From Chamaesiphon sp. 336R_metabinner_41 (GTDB lineage Bacteria; Cyanobacteriota; Cyanobacteriia; Cyanobacteriales; Chamaesiphonaceae): a stretch of DNA of 64,000 bases. Of this stretch, positions 10,967 to 23,224 are shown one piece after another; positions within the stretch are counted from its first letter, which is position 1, and each line of letters begins with the position of its first letter. The stretch spans positions 994 to 64,993 of the forward strand of contig JANYDE010000073.1 of NCBI GenBank assembly GCA_025359915.1, in the 5' to 3' direction. The notes below the pieces were generated by a model. It was not told the origin of the DNA, did no database searches, and saw only the letters and a list, made by a program, of their open reading frames with translations. Made by a program: the position numbers and the translations under genes.

Positions 10967-12724
10967 ATGAACTCTACTATCGCATATTTGACTACTCAAC
11001 TCGATCGAGCGATTGCTGCCGCATTGGGGGATGATTATGCTGGGACAGATCCTTTACTCGGATTGTCGAGCAACCCTAAATTTGGGGACTATCAGGCAAA
11101 TATGGCGATGGGATTGTCCAAGAAGTTGGGGCAACAACCACGCGCCATTGCGCAATCGATCATCGATAATCTAGATGTGTCGGAAATCTGCGAAGTTCCG
11201 CAAATTGCTGGTCCAGGATTTATTAATTTTACTGTTAAACCCAGCTATCTCACCACCCAATTGCAAGCGATACATTTAGATAGTCGTTTGGGTGTGGCTG
11301 TGGCAGCAAAATCGCAGCGGGTAGTCGTTGATTTTTCGAGTCCGAATATTGCCAAGGAAATGCATGTCGGACACTTAAGATCGACTATCTTAGGTGATTG
11401 TATCGCACGGGTGTTAGAATTTCGCGGTCATGATGTCCTCAGAATCAATCATGTTGGTGATTGGGGTACGCAATTTGGGATGTTGATTCTCTATTTGCGG
11501 GAAGCTTATCCTGAAGCTTTGATTACTGCTGACGCTTTAGATTTAGGGGATTTAGTTGCATTATATAAAAAGGCAAAACAACGATTCGATGAGGACAGTT
11601 TGTTTCAAGAAGCAGCGAGAAAAGAGGTAGTCAAATTACAGGCGAAAGATCCCAACACAATGAAGGCGTGGAATCTATTGTGCGATCAATCACGACGAGA
11701 ATTTCAGGTAATTTATGACAGGCTAAATATTAAAATAGCTGAACGTGGGGAATCTTTTTACAATCCTTATTTAGCTGCGGTAGTTGACGATTTGCGCACA
11801 TTGAATTTATTAGTCGAAAGTAATGGAGCACAGTGCGTTTTTCTCGATGGCTTTGTCAATAGAGAAGGCGATCCTTTCCCGCTAATTGTGCAAAAGACAG
11901 ACGGTGGCTATAATTACGCGACTACCGACTTAGCCGCAATCAGATATCGGATTGAGATCGATCGAACTGATAGAATTATTTATATCACTGATTCAGGACA
12001 AGCAGATCATTTCTCGCAAGTATTCCAAGTCGCCAGACTAGCGAAGTGGATTCCCGCACATGTAGAAATTACCCACGTTCCATTTGGGTTAGTGTTAGGC
12101 GAAGATGGTAAAAAGATTAAGACTCGATCTGGTGAAACAATTAAACTTAAAGAATTGCTCGATGAAGGTATCGATACCTTCCGTAAAGATTTAGAATCGA
12201 GATTAGTCGCAGATGAAAGACAGGAAACGCCCGAATTCATCGCCAATAGTGCGGAAGTTGTCGGTTTGAGTGCCGTTAAGTATGCCGATTTGAGTCAAAA
12301 TCGGTTGAGTAATTATGTCTTTAGTTATGACAAAATGCTTGCTTTACAAGGGAATACCGCACCCTATATGATGTATGCTTATGTGCGGGTACAAGGGATT
12401 AGTCGCAAGGGTGGAATCGATTTTGAGAACCTGGGCGATCATACTCAAATCATTCTCAATGAAGAACTAGAACTTGCTCTCGCCAAACATCTGCTGCAAT
12501 TAGGATCGATAGTTACTGAAGTCGAGCGAGATTTACTACCAAATCGGTTGTGTCAATATCTATTTGAACTCAGTCAGAAATATAATCAATTTTATGACAA
12601 ACATTCTGTTTTACAAGCAGAAGAGCCACTGAGAACTTCGCGGTTGATCTTATCCAATTTAACTGCTAAAACATTGAAATTAGGATTAGATTTACTCGGT
12701 ATTCCGGTATTGGAACGGATGTAA
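10967..12724 (+). CDS. argS: Arginine--tRNA ligase
   Basis: [22 protein letters not shown] (HIGH-like), GDWGTQFG, C-terminal DALR ending ERM. Confidence 0.98.
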   Translation: MNSTIAYLTTQLDRAIAAALGDDYAGTDPLLGLSSNPKFGDYQANMAMGLSKKLGQQPRAIAQSIIDNLDVSEICEVPQIAGPGFINFTVKPSYLTTQLQAIHLDSRLGVAVAAKSQRVVVDFSSPNIAKEMHVGHLRSTILGDCIARVLEFRGHDVLRINHVGDWGTQFGMLILYLREAYPEALITADALDLGDLVALYKKAKQRFDEDSLFQEAARKEVVKLQAKDPNTMKAWNLLCDQSRREFQVIYDRLNIKIAERGESFYNPYLAAVVDDLRTLNLLVESNGAQCVFLDGFVNREGDPFPLIVQKTDGGYNYATTDLAAIRYRIEIDRTDRIIYITDSGQADHFSQVFQVARLAKWIPAHVEITHVPFGLVLGEDGKKIKTRSGETIKLKELLDEGIDTFRKDLESRLVADERQETPEFIANSAEVVGLSAVKYADLSQNRLSNYVFSYDKMLALQGNTAPYMMYAYVRVQGISRKGGIDFENLGDHTQIILNEELELALAKHLLQLGSIVTEVERDLLPNRLCQYLFELSQKYNQFYDKHSVLQAEEPLRTSRLILSNLTAKTLKLGLDLLGIPVLERM

Positions 12725-12803
12725 CCACACTTTTCCTGAATTTTCATTATTAGGTGTGTTAGGTGGTAGCTGTAACGCATCAACGACTAGCTAGCTCACA
12801 CAC

Positions 12804-13700
12804 TTACCACAATAATCGATCGATCATATTGTTTGCCTGCGCTTGATAGTTTCCACCAAATAAGTTGTGATGATTGAGAATGTGATAAAGGTCGTATAAA
12901 ATCTTGCGGGTTGAATAGTCAGGATCTAGAGGGTAAACATCGCTGTATCCCTGGTAAAAAGCGTTTGGAAAGCCACCAAATAGTGCTGCCATTGCAACAT
13001 CAACCTCTCTGTCTCCCCAATAGGTTGCAGGGTCAAATATGATGGGGATACCAGCAGTTGTAAAGCTAACATTTCCACTCCATAGATCGCCATGCACTAG
13101 GGAAGGTTTAGGACGATAGTTTGCTAGCAGTTTAGGTATTTTGGCGATTAACTGAGCTGCTTTGGGGAAATTACCCCCATTGCTTTGGGCGAGTTCGAGC
13201 TGATAGCCGATCCGATGGTTTGTGAAAAATGTCGCCCAATCTTTATCCCAGGTATTAATTTGGGGTGTCGATCCGATCGTATTATCAATATGCCAACCAA
13301 ATTGACGGTTAGGACTAATCTGGTAGCGGTGCATTGTTGCCAGATTTCTTCCCATTTCTTTCCAGGTTTGAGGATTATCTGTGGTTATCAAATCTAGATA
13401 TTCTAGCACCAAATAGCTATGCTCTCCAGCCACGCCCCAACAAATTGGACGTGGCACTTTAATTGTGTTTGTTGCAGCTATTTCTGCTAATCCTTTTGAT
13501 TCAGCCGCAAACATGTCAATTAGTGACGACTGATTGATTTTAACAAAGTATCTCTCTCGATTCTCCTCTGGAGAGGCTCCGCCAACGTTACTAATTATAT
13601 ATGCTTGATTGATACAGCCACCACTAATTGGTTGTCGATCTCCGATCTCGAACTGTTTACCAGTAGCTTGCGTAATTTCTGCCGCGACTTTAGTCCACAT
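12804..13700 (-). CDS. Fructosamine kinase family protein
   Basis: PSLVHGDLWSGN, FDPATYWGDREVD; ATG at 13700 preferred to the 13766 start of the ORF track. Confidence 0.9.
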   Translation of the reverse strand: MWTKVAAEITQATGKQFEIGDRQPISGGCINQAYIISNVGGASPEENRERYFVKINQSSLIDMFAAESKGLAEIAATNTIKVPRPICWGVAGEHSYLVLEYLDLITTDNPQTWKEMGRNLATMHRYQISPNRQFGWHIDNTIGSTPQINTWDKDWATFFTNHRIGYQLELAQSNGGNFPKAAQLIAKIPKLLANYRPKPSLVHGDLWSGNVSFTTAGIPIIFDPATYWGDREVDVAMAALFGGFPNAFYQGYSDVYPLDPDYSTRKILYDLYHILNHHNLFGGNYQAQANNMIDRLLW

Positions 13701-15333
13701 GAGCTGCTCTCCATGCTTGGATTTGGTTAATAGCTTTACCTGCCAAAATTTGCACATTGTGTCCAAATCGTTGGGCTTTTGAGGGGATAGTGTTCGTAAA
13801 TGCGCGGATTTTTACTCCGGCGATTTGAGCTAAATCTATGAATTGAGTTTGCAAGGTTTTTTCTGGTGCTGAAGTAGCTACTGGGGTGGGAATTGGACGT
13901 GATTCAATGCTTTCGATTGGCTTCGATTCCACTTGCTTTTCGCTCTGTGGAGGCTGCGGTTGTGGCGATGGATCAGAGGGTGTTTTATCGATTACTATTT
14001 CTTTTTCTGCTGCTACTTCCGGTATAACTATCGGAACAGGTGCAATTATTGACGCAGGTTTAGGCGTTACCACTGGTGCAGGTTGAGGAGTTGTAACGAT
14101 TGGCGTTTTTACTACTTCAGGAACAGGAGTTTCGGCGGGAACTGCTTTCGCTACGGGGATTTCAGGTGCGGGATTGCTAATAACTGGTGCTGGTATTGGT
14201 GCTGGTGCAACTGGTGGTTCGACGATCGATTTTATCGGGTTAGCTGGCTCTGGAATTGGTGTCGGAATTGGTTCGACGATTGGGGTTGGAATTGGTTTGA
14301 CGATCGGTATAGGCGCAATGACGATCGGATTAGGTACAATCGGTGCAGGAGTTGGAGTGATCGCGGGAATCGGCACTGGTTTGATGGCGACGTAATTAGG
14401 ATCGATTAGAGTACGTGCTAAATTCGGATCTAGCTCGCCCCGCACCAGTTTCGCGAGCGTGTCTTTCGATTGAGGGTCGATCGTGACGATCGACAGGCTA
14501 TCATTATAGACATTGGGTATCGGATTACCTCGATCGTCTACTAGCTCCAATCTCACCCAGTTTTTACCCTGTTTAAAGCCTTGAAGGTAAACAGGTGCCC
14601 ACTTGTCTAGGATAAATCGCTGTTCGTTCACTGTCACCCGAATTCGCCAGTCAGGGAGGCTATCCTGACTTTCATTCGCGACTAAATGAGAAGGCGCATT
14701 CGTCAAATAGTAGTCCAGCATAATCGGCTCCGCGCCATATACGCCCGCAGGACGACTATAAGTAAGTAACGGTTGTTTAGGATCTGGATTATTTTCGGCT
14801 GTTTTCGTCAAGACATTGAAACTAACTTGAGCATAAGCACCCTCATTTTTGAAACTTTCATGCCACGGGCGCGAAGCAAAGACACGTAGGCTATGGGTTC
14901 CAGCCGCTAGATTTTTAAAAACCAGGGGTTGACTCAGATCGTATACGCCCTGATAAGTCTGTTTGTCGAGAATCACATGTAAATGATTGCCTAAACCTAA
15001 TTCGGGCTGCTTGAATAGAGGGAGATCCTTGACATCTAATTTTACGGTAACTCGATCGTCAGATAGCATTTCGTCAGGTTTAGGACTGAGAATCCGTACT
15101 TGAGGGTGATATTTGTCCAGACTGGGAGCGAGTTTAGAAATACTTGCGGGAATATTAACTTCCGATAATGGCCCATCAGTAGTCGTCAGCGCAGAACTAT
15201 TAGTACTCGCCGCTAAGTCTACTGTAGACTCGCTCGATTCCTCACAACTAGTAATCCCGATCGCCATCGTCAGAGCTAGACACACTCCCAATAATTGAGA
15301 AACTAGTTTCCATTTCAGATTTGCTCTCAACAC
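13690..15333 (-). CDS. Putative lipoprotein: conserved cyanobacterial N-terminal domain plus long Pro-rich tail
   Basis: Signal peptide ending GITSC (lipobox-like), GNHLHVILD, SRPWHESFK, then a P/I/V/A-rich region. Confidence 0.75.
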   Translation of the reverse strand: MLRANLKWKLVSQLLGVCLALTMAIGITSCEESSESTVDLAASTNSSALTTTDGPLSEVNIPASISKLAPSLDKYHPQVRILSPKPDEMLSDDRVTVKLDVKDLPLFKQPELGLGNHLHVILDKQTYQGVYDLSQPLVFKNLAAGTHSLRVFASRPWHESFKNEGAYAQVSFNVLTKTAENNPDPKQPLLTYSRPAGVYGAEPIMLDYYLTNAPSHLVANESQDSLPDWRIRVTVNEQRFILDKWAPVYLQGFKQGKNWVRLELVDDRGNPIPNVYNDSLSIVTIDPQSKDTLAKLVRGELDPNLARTLIDPNYVAIKPVPIPAITPTPAPIVPNPIVIAPIPIVKPIPTPIVEPIPTPIPEPANPIKSIVEPPVAPAPIPAPVISNPAPEIPVAKAVPAETPVPEVVKTPIVTTPQPAPVVTPKPASIIAPVPIVIPEVAAEKEIVIDKTPSDPSPQPQPPQSEKQVESKPIESIESRPIPTPVATSAPEKTLQTQFIDLAQIAGVKIRAFTNTIPSKAQRFGHNVQILAGKAINQIQAWRAAHVD

Positions 15334-15913
15334 CTGTACCTCTGCTTTGACAAATCACCCGTTTGCATTGCCCATTTTACTAGGATTGGCGATTTTTTCA
15401 ACGATCTTAGATCTTTATTATCTGCTTACCGATCTCGATCAAAAACCATCAGGATAGCTGCTCCGCTAGAGAATTGTCACTTTTCGTAAACAATGTGAAT
15501 AATTAAATCTTAATCGGGTAGCAGTGCTGATTTATCAAAAATCTCGATCGCATAGACTAGATCAAATCTGCTCCCAGTCAGTCTTTCCAGGCATTGTTAA
15601 GTTTATTTGAAGAAAAATGTACTAAGCTTGACTTTTAAACCAATTTGACTTGAACAAGCCTAATGTAAGCATCTTAGACAGCGATTTTGAACTATTGTTA
15701 ACAAATGGTGAATATGGGTAAGTCATCAACCTATAATCTGGGAACACAAGCACTGAATTGGACAAACACGTTTTGCTAATTCGAGTGCAGCTAGAAACTC
15801 GAAGCTCCTTCGGAATCAGAGCAGATAGCTAGGCTTTTGGCTCCATTTCACTTTTGAAACGGGCAATTCCAGTTGGTGATAACCTCGTTCCTTGTCTCGA
15901 GAGGAGAATCCTC

Positions 15914-18166
15914 ATGACAATTAGTCCGCCAGAGCGGGAAGCAAAAGTAAAGGTAATCGTGGATGTCGATCCAGTTCCTACTTCTTTCGAGAAGTGGGGT
16001 AAGCCAGGTCACTTCGATAGATCCTTAGCGAAAGGACCAAAAACCACTACGTGGATTTGGAATCTTCATGCTCTCGCCCATGATTTCGACAGTCACACAA
16101 ATGACCTAGAAGACGTTTCGCGTAAGATTTTCAGTGCTCACTTCGGGCATCTCGCCGTCATATTCGTATGGTTGAGCGGGATGTATTTTCACGGTGCCCG
16201 CTTCTCCAACTATGAAGCGTGGTTGACCAACCCCACTGGAATCAAACCCAGTGCCCAAGTCGTCTGGTCGGTTGTCGGTCAAGACATCCTCAACGGCGAT
16301 GTTGGTGGTGGTTTCCACGGGATTCAAATCACCTCCGGTCTCTTCCAAATGTGGAGAGGCGCAGGTTTTACCAACTCCTTCCAGTTATATTGCACAGCTA
16401 TTGGCGCACTCGTCATGGCTGGTCTGATGCTCTTTGCTGGTTGGTTCCACTATCATAAACGCGCTCCCAAACTGGCCTGGTTCCAGAATGCGGAGTCGAT
16501 GATGAACCATCACTTAGCTGGTTTGTTAGGTTTGGGATCCCTTGGTTGGGCAGGTCACCAAATCCACGTATCTTTACCTATTAACAAGCTGCTGGACTCT
16601 GGTGTAGCTGCTAAAGATATTCCATTACCCCATGAATTCATCTTGGATGCAACCAAGATGGCAGAACTATATCCTAGTTTTGCTAAGGGTCTGACTCCGT
16701 TCTTTACATTGAACTGGGCAGAATATGCAGACTTCCTCACTTTCAAAGGTGGTCTCAACCCTACTACTGGCGGTCTGTGGTTATCCGATCAGGCTCACCA
16801 TCACTTAGCAATTGCGGTGCTATTCATCGTTGCTGGTCATATGTACCGCACGAACTGGGGCATCGGTCACAGTATGACAGAAATTTTAGAAAATCATCGC
16901 GGACCCTTTACTGGCGAAGGTCATAAAGGTCTATATGAAATTCTTACTACTTCTTGGCACGCACAACTAGCCATTAACTTGGCAATGATGGGATCTTTGA
17001 GCATCATCGTGGCACAACACATGTATGCAATGCCTCCGTATCCCTACCAAGCTATCGATTACGCGACTCAGCTATCCTTATTCACACATCATATGTGGAT
17101 TGGTGGTTTCTGTATCGTCGGTGGTGCTGCTCACGCAGCAATCTTCATGGTTCGTGACTACGATCCAGCTATGAACCAGAACAACCTACTAGATCGGATG
17201 TTGCGTCACCGCGATGCAATTATCTCGCATCTAAACTGGGTATCGATGTTCCTTGGCTTCCATAGCTTCGGTCTGTATATCCACAACGACACCATGCAAG
17301 CATTGGGTCGTCCTCAAGATATGTTCTCCGACAAGGCAATCCAGTTACAGCCTGTATTTGCTCAGTGGATTCAAGGCATACACACTGCTGCTGCCGGAAA
17401 CACTGCGCCAAACGCACTGCAAACTGCTAGTCTCGCTTTCGGTGGCGATACTCTCGCTGTCGGTGGCAAAGTGGCAATGATGCCGATTGTATTGGGTACT
17501 GCGGACTTTATGGTCCACCACATCCATGCTTTCACAATTCATGTCACCGTTCTCATCCTCCTTAAAGGTGTCTTGTTTGCTCGTAGCTCTCGGTTAGTAC
17601 CCGACAAAGCTAGTCTGGGCTTCCGTTTCCCTTGCGACGGCCCTGGTCGTGGTGGTACCTGCCAAGTCTCTGGTTGGGATCACGTCTTCCTCGGTCTGTT
17701 CTGGATGTACAACTCCCTATCCATTGTAATCTTCCACTTTAGTTGGAAAATGCAGTCGGATGTCTGGGGTACTGTATCGCCTGACGGTACTGTGTCTCAC
17801 GTTACTGGTGGCAACTTTGCAACTAGTGCGACGACAATCAATGGTTGGTTGCGTGACTTCCTGTGGGCGCAAGCTTCTCAGGTCATCAACTCCTATGGTT
17901 CGGCATTGTCGGCTTACGGTTTGATCTTCTTAGGCGCACACTTCATCTGGGCATTTAGCTTGATGTTCCTGTTCAGTGGCCGTGGTTACTGGCAAGAGTT
18001 AATCGAGTCGATCGTCTGGGCGCACAACAAGCTCAACTTTGGACCAGCAATTCAACCTCGTGCTCTGAGCATCGTTCAGGGTCGCGCGGTAGGTGTAGCT
18101 CACTATCTCCTTGGTGGTATTGCTACAACCTGGGCATTCTTCTTAGCTCGATCTATGTCGATCTAA
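15914..18166 (+). CDS. psaA: Photosystem I core protein PsaA
   Basis: MTISPPER start after GAGGAG; [14 protein letters not shown] motif. Confidence 0.99.
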   Translation: MTISPPEREAKVKVIVDVDPVPTSFEKWGKPGHFDRSLAKGPKTTTWIWNLHALAHDFDSHTNDLEDVSRKIFSAHFGHLAVIFVWLSGMYFHGARFSNYEAWLTNPTGIKPSAQVVWSVVGQDILNGDVGGGFHGIQITSGLFQMWRGAGFTNSFQLYCTAIGALVMAGLMLFAGWFHYHKRAPKLAWFQNAESMMNHHLAGLLGLGSLGWAGHQIHVSLPINKLLDSGVAAKDIPLPHEFILDATKMAELYPSFAKGLTPFFTLNWAEYADFLTFKGGLNPTTGGLWLSDQAHHHLAIAVLFIVAGHMYRTNWGIGHSMTEILENHRGPFTGEGHKGLYEILTTSWHAQLAINLAMMGSLSIIVAQHMYAMPPYPYQAIDYATQLSLFTHHMWIGGFCIVGGAAHAAIFMVRDYDPAMNQNNLLDRMLRHRDAIISHLNWVSMFLGFHSFGLYIHNDTMQALGRPQDMFSDKAIQLQPVFAQWIQGIHTAAAGNTAPNALQTASLAFGGDTLAVGGKVAMMPIVLGTADFMVHHIHAFTIHVTVLILLKGVLFARSSRLVPDKASLGFRFPCDGPGRGGTCQVSGWDHVFLGLFWMYNSLSIVIFHFSWKMQSDVWGTVSPDGTVSHVTGGNFATSATTINGWLRDFLWAQASQVINSYGSALSAYGLIFLGAHFIWAFSLMFLFSGRGYWQELIESIVWAHNKLNFGPAIQPRALSIVQGRAVGVAHYLLGGIATTWAFFLARSMSI

Positions 18167-18336
18167 CGAAACGATGCTCTTGGTATCAGTCTTTTAGGAT
18201 TAAACCTGAATAATTGTTATCGATAGAACGACATCAATAAAATGATGCTAATCAATGCCACACGAGATGGTTGTAGTTAGCATCATCTCTACTGCAATCA
18301 TCTCGTCCGTCCGCGAGGAAACCTGATAAGAAAACT

Positions 18337-20550
18337 ATGGCAACTAAATTCCCCAAATTTAGCCAAGACCTAGCACAAGATCCGACCACTCGGCGGATCT
18401 GGTACGGGATCGCCACGGCTCACGACTTTGAAAGCCATGATGGCATGACTGAGGAAAATCTTTACCAAAAGATTTTCGCTACTCACTTCGGTCATCTAGG
18501 TATTATCTTCCTCTGGGCTTCTGGCAACCTGTTCCATGTCGCTTGGCAAGGCAACTTCGAGCAGTGGATCAAAGATCCGCTCAACGTAAGTCCCATCGCT
18601 CACGCAATTTGGGATCCTCACTTCGGTAAACCAGCACTCGATGCCTTTACCCAAGCGGGCGCATCCAATCCAGTTAACATCGCATACTCCGGTGTCTACC
18701 AGTGGTGGTATACCCAAGGAATGCGATCGAACGATGACCTGTACATGGGTTCGATCTTCTTGCTCGTCCTCGCTTCAGTCATGTTGTTCGCTGGTTGGTT
18801 GCACCTTCAACCAAAGTTCCGTCCTAGTTTGTCCTGGTTCAAGAATGCTGAATCTCGCCTCAATCACCACTTAGCTGGATTGTTTGGCGTTAGTTCACTC
18901 GCTTGGACTGGTCACTTAGTCCACGTTGCGATCCCCGAATCTCGCGGTCAGCACGTTGGTTGGGACAACTTCACCAGTGTATTACCTCACCCCGCAGGGT
19001 TAGCCCCCTTCTTCACAGGTAACTGGGGTGTATATGCAGAAAATCCAGATACCGCAGAACAGATATTTGGCACAGCTCAAGGATCTGGGACAGCAATCTT
19101 GACTTTCTTGGGCGGATTCCATCCTCAGACTCAATCTTTGTGGTTGACTGATATGGCCCACCACCACCTAGCAATCGCGGTATTATTCATCGTTGCTGGG
19201 CATATGTACCGGACTAACTTTGGCATCGGTCACAGCATCAAGGATATCCTCAATGCTCACAAAGCACCAAGTGGAAAGATGGGTGCTGGTCACAAAGGTC
19301 TTTATGACACTGTGAACAACTCCTTGCACTTCCAACTAGGCTTGGCACTGGCTTCACTGGGTGTAGTTACTTCTTTAGTAGCTCAACACATGTACTCCAT
19401 GCCTCCCTATGCGTTCTTAGCACAGGATTTCACTACCCAAGCCGCACTTTACACTCATCACCAGTACATCGCTGGATTCTTGATGGTTGGTGCATTTGCT
19501 CACGGTGCGATCTTCTGGGTTCGTGACTACGATCCAGAGCAAAACCGCGACAACGTTCTAGCACGAATGCTAGAGCACAAAGAGGCGATTATCTCCCACT
19601 TAAGTTGGGTGTCTCTGTTCCTTGGATTCCATACCCTCGGTCTTTACGTTCACAATGATGTCGTAGTTGCCTTTGGTACACCTGAGAAACAAATTTTAAT
19701 CGAACCTGTGTTCGCACAGTGGATTCAAGCTTCGCATGGAAAACTATTGTATGGTTTTGATGTGTTGCTATCCAATCCAGATAGTAATGCTTATACCGCC
19801 TATCCAAACTATGCAGATGTTTGGTTACCTGGTTGGTTAGCAGCAATCAACTCTGGCAAGAACTCCCTGTTCCTCACCATCGGACCTGGCGATTTCTTAG
19901 TCCACCATGCAATCGCATTAGGACTCCACACCACCACCCTGATCTTGGTCAAAGGTGCGTTGGATGCTCGTGGTTCCAAATTAATGCCCGACAAGAAAGA
20001 CTTCGGCTATGCCTTCCCTTGCGATGGTCCTGGTCGTGGTGGTACTTGTGACATCTCTGGTTGGGATTCCTTCTACCTAGCGATGTTCTGGATGTTAAAC
20101 ACCCTCGGTTGGGTAACATTCTACTGGCACTGGAAACACTTAGGAATTTGGCAAGGTAACGTAGCACAATTCAATGAGTCCTCGACTTATATCATGGGTT
20201 GGTTACGCGATTACCTCTGGCAGAACTCCTCACAGTTAATTAACGGTTACAACCCTTACGGGATGAACAACCTGTCTGTATGGGCATGGATGTTCCTCTT
20301 CGGACACCTCGTCTGGGCGACTGGCTTTATGTTCTTAATTAGCTGGCGTGGTTACTGGCAAGAGTTGATCGAAACTGTTGTCTGGGCGCACGAGCGGACT
20401 CCACTTGCGAACCTAGTTCGTTGGAAAGACAAGCCTGTTGCACTCTCGATCGTTCAAGCTCGTGTTGTTGGTCTAGCTCACTTTACAGTTGGTTATATCC
20501 TCACCTACGCGGCCTTCCTGATCGCCTCTACTGCTGGTAAGTTCGGTTAG
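18337..20550 (+). CDS. psaB: Photosystem I core protein PsaB
   Basis: [22 protein letters not shown]; [12 protein letters not shown]. Confidence 0.99.
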   Translation: MATKFPKFSQDLAQDPTTRRIWYGIATAHDFESHDGMTEENLYQKIFATHFGHLGIIFLWASGNLFHVAWQGNFEQWIKDPLNVSPIAHAIWDPHFGKPALDAFTQAGASNPVNIAYSGVYQWWYTQGMRSNDDLYMGSIFLLVLASVMLFAGWLHLQPKFRPSLSWFKNAESRLNHHLAGLFGVSSLAWTGHLVHVAIPESRGQHVGWDNFTSVLPHPAGLAPFFTGNWGVYAENPDTAEQIFGTAQGSGTAILTFLGGFHPQTQSLWLTDMAHHHLAIAVLFIVAGHMYRTNFGIGHSIKDILNAHKAPSGKMGAGHKGLYDTVNNSLHFQLGLALASLGVVTSLVAQHMYSMPPYAFLAQDFTTQAALYTHHQYIAGFLMVGAFAHGAIFWVRDYDPEQNRDNVLARMLEHKEAIISHLSWVSLFLGFHTLGLYVHNDVVVAFGTPEKQILIEPVFAQWIQASHGKLLYGFDVLLSNPDSNAYTAYPNYADVWLPGWLAAINSGKNSLFLTIGPGDFLVHHAIALGLHTTTLILVKGALDARGSKLMPDKKDFGYAFPCDGPGRGGTCDISGWDSFYLAMFWMLNTLGWVTFYWHWKHLGIWQGNVAQFNESSTYIMGWLRDYLWQNSSQLINGYNPYGMNNLSVWAWMFLFGHLVWATGFMFLISWRGYWQELIETVVWAHERTPLANLVRWKDKPVALSIVQARVVGLAHFTVGYILTYAAFLIASTAGKFG

Positions 20551-20575
20551 TTCTGGATTCATCATTAGTTGACTT

Positions 20576-20608
20576 AAAGCCCCCTTCACTTAGTGTTGGG
20601 GGCTTTTT
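20576..20608 (+). terminator. Rho-independent terminator of psaAB
   Basis: AAAGCCCCC...GGGGGCTTTTT stem with T tract. Confidence 0.85.
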
Positions 20609-20993
20609 AGATGATGGGTTAACTCTTTATGGTCTGAACTATGATTAGAATGATTGAATGATGGACTATGATGAGCTGCTATCTGAGAATCCTAGTCTAT
20701 CTATTAATCTGACAAATCATAAGCCTAGTCGAAAAGTGCTTAAAAACGAGAATGTTGAGAACATCAAAAATTTTTCAATGATGAGACTGGCTATATTAAA
20801 ACAGACAAACTATCACAGTCATACAGCACCTTCCATCAACACGAAGTGCAGTAATACAAGATGAATAAATCATTATTATGAAACCATATGCTGTATTATA
20901 CTCGTAGTGAAAAAGGAAGTAGAGTCTACGATCTAAAACCATTTAGATCTAAATTCATCCCGATAGTGGTGGGGAAGGTGTGGATATAAGAGT

Positions 20994-21054
20994 GGTAGAT
21001 GCACCCTGATGATTCGTCCCTGACTTATTTCGATAAGTTGGGGCTTTTTCTTTT
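20994..21054 (+). ncRNA. Putative sRNA copy 1 (NsiR1-like)
   Basis: GGTAGATGCACCCTG, then a hairpin with TTCG loop and T tract; TCCCGA 36 nt upstream. Confidence 0.5.
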
Positions 21055-21112
21055 TAGCTAAATTAATTTAATTTCGTCCTGATAGTGGTGGGGAAGATGT
21101 GTATATAGGAGT

Positions 21113-21154
21113 GGTAGATGCATCCTGGCTTACTTCGGTAAGTCGGGTTTTTTT
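21113..21154 (+). ncRNA. Putative sRNA copy 2 (NsiR1-like, shorter)
   Basis: GGTAGATGCATCCTGGCTTAC-TTCG-GTAAGTCGGG-T7; TCCTGA 36 nt upstream. Confidence 0.5.
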
Positions 21155-21220
21155 ATTTGTCACTAAATTAATTTAATTTTGTCCCGATATTAGCGGGGAC
21201 GGTGTTCAACACCAGACTAC

Positions 21221-22291
21221 TTAAATTATTGCCGGTAAAATAATTAAATTATCAACAACTTCAATCTGGATCTTATTTTTTAATACTACATCGTTCCAAC
21301 TTTCATATACTGATGGTTGACAGTATCTATGAATTTGAAGATGATATTCTCCCTCAAGACCTGTCATCACCGTCATCAAATTAGTCGCCGCTGCTTTTAC
21401 GCCATCATCTGTAGATCGAGAACCAAGATAAAAATCATTTCCTGGCCATGAAACATGATCCCAAGCCACAAAACTAAACAATTTGTAATCCGTGAAGTCA
21501 TCTCCATCTTCTGCATATTTTTGGAGCCGACATAATTGAGGTTTGTCGATATTTCCCTTCGTTAAAGGTCTGACAAATAAACTAATTCGATCGATCTCAA
21601 TTCTTTCATTCTCGCACTCCTGATATGGATCGAAATAAACAACCTTAATATTAGTAAACTTATTCCCATGAGTTTCGAGAAAAGCGATCAGTGTTTTTCT
21701 TAATTGGGATCCTAACTGTCCGTGGAACTTACCTGCAAATTGTCCACAGCCCATGCCAGGAATCGTGATTAGTGCCATCTTCCCCTTCTGTTTGGCTAGC
21801 TCATTTATCTGAATAAATGCTGGCAAAAATCTTCGTTCGTAGAGTCGATAATAGCCGTCAGGATTGATTTCATTATTAATTGTCACTTCTTCCCAGTCAA
21901 CGGGAGTAATCTGATTACCATTGCGTAAGAGTGCGCTTGGAGTGAATATTAAAGTAGCTGCAAATGGGACTTGATGCAAATCTGGATGGCGATGTCTACC
22001 ATTATCATAGACGGTGACTGGTGTAACGATACTAATATCGCCTAAAATAGAAAGTTCGTCTTGATTCCAATCAGTGCTATTTCCAGATACCTCGAATTCC
22101 GCGAAAATTTGTGGACGTTTAGTTCTCATCAACAGTTCGATAAATTCAACTGTTGTGACCTGATTTAGATCGATATGTTTCAATCGATCTCCGACATGTA
22201 CACCAGGACTACTACCCGTCTTTAATCTCGCTAGATAAGCAGATGCTCGATCGAATGTTTCCCGATTAATCACAACCTGATAGCTGTTCAT
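21221..22291 (-). CDS. Uncharacterised protein, possibly macrodomain/PARG-like fold
   Basis: 356-aa ORF; TIPGMGCGQFAG resembles the GxGxF loop of macro/PARG folds (inference). Confidence 0.6.
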   Translation of the reverse strand: MNSYQVVINRETFDRASAYLARLKTGSSPGVHVGDRLKHIDLNQVTTVEFIELLMRTKRPQIFAEFEVSGNSTDWNQDELSILGDISIVTPVTVYDNGRHRHPDLHQVPFAATLIFTPSALLRNGNQITPVDWEEVTINNEINPDGYYRLYERRFLPAFIQINELAKQKGKMALITIPGMGCGQFAGKFHGQLGSQLRKTLIAFLETHGNKFTNIKVVYFDPYQECENERIEIDRISLFVRPLTKGNIDKPQLCRLQKYAEDGDDFTDYKLFSFVAWDHVSWPGNDFYLGSRSTDDGVKAAATNLMTVMTGLEGEYHLQIHRYCQPSVYESWNDVVLKNKIQIEVVDNLIILPAII

Positions 22292-22340
22292 ATTTATTTC
22301 TTAATTATCAATTATCAATTATAAATTATCAATTATAAAA

Positions 22341-22964
22341 ATGATTAGCTACCTTAAAGGCATCGCCATTCAAATCCAGACTCCAGCGAATAATCGATCG
22401 ATCTTAATCTTAGAGGTAAATGGCATCGGTTATGAATTACAGATCCCCCAACGGATGATTTTGGAAGTGGTATTAAATAACGAGATTCAGGTGTTTGCGC
22501 ATCAGCAGGTACGTGAAGATTCGATGTCTCTATATGGCTTTAGTTCCGCAGCCGAGCGAGATTTATTCAGACAATTAATTAGTGTCAGTGGGGTTGGGGC
22601 AAGTTTAGCGATCGCCTTATTAGATAAACTAGGATTAGCCGATACAGTTTCGGCAATCGTTACTAGCAATATTCAACGTCTATCAACCGCGCCAGGAGTC
22701 GGCAAAAAAACAGCCGAACGTCTAGCTCTCGAACTTCGCAGCAAACTTGGGCAATGGCGGGTCGCCTCAGGCTTACTCGAAGCTCTACCATTGACTAGTT
22801 TAAACCCCACCATGCAAGCTGAAGTTGAAATGACATTGCTAGCGTTGGGCTACTCCAATGAAGAAATTCAGCAGGCGTTACAAGCCATTAGTCAAGACAG
22901 TTTGATGGTTAAAAGTCCAAACATTGAAGATTGGCTCCGACTGGCGATATCGAGCATTCAATAG
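22341..22964 (+). CDS. ruvA: Holliday junction branch migration protein RuvA
   Basis: LEVNGIGYE, LYGFSSAAERDLFRQLISVSGVG, PGVGKKTAERLALELR, LLALGYS. Confidence 0.97.
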   Translation: MISYLKGIAIQIQTPANNRSILILEVNGIGYELQIPQRMILEVVLNNEIQVFAHQQVREDSMSLYGFSSAAERDLFRQLISVSGVGASLAIALLDKLGLADTVSAIVTSNIQRLSTAPGVGKKTAERLALELRSKLGQWRVASGLLEALPLTSLNPTMQAEVEMTLLALGYSNEEIQQALQAISQDSLMVKSPNIEDWLRLAISSIQ

Positions 22965-23224
22965 ACTGCTTGTCCAAGTGAAAATACGATCGTGCTCAGT
23001 ACTGTTTTTCTCCAAAATCTCCCCTAGTCCCTATCCCCTATCACCTATTCCCTGGATTCTACAAGAGATTCAATCGGTAGATTAATTACAGGAATTAGTC
23101 CCTAGCATGGTATCCTAATATTTGGCTCATAATTTGTCTGCGGCGAACACGATCCGTTTCCCAAAGAGAACTCGATCGTCAAAACTAAATTAGCCAATTA
23201 AATTATAATTTAAACTTATTTTCC

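Larger units (their letters stand above)
20958..21204 (+). repeat. Tandem array of 2 complete and 1 degenerate ~105-120-bp units
   Basis: Units start at 20958, 21077 and 21182; units 1 and 2 share 46 of their first 51 nt; identical 17-nt spacer CTAAATTAATTTAATTT at 21058 and 21163. Confidence 0.9.

Noticed and set aside
15854-15913. N-terminal extension of PsaA in the ORF track
   Set aside because: The canonical MTISPPER start at 15914 has a strong GAGGAG RBS
20658-20864. 68-aa ORF after psaB
   Set aside because: AT-rich, no recognisable motif or RBS; unsupported
20958-21204. CRISPR array
   Set aside because: Units are ~105-120 bp with conserved promoter-like and terminator parts, no unique spacers, and no cas genes nearby
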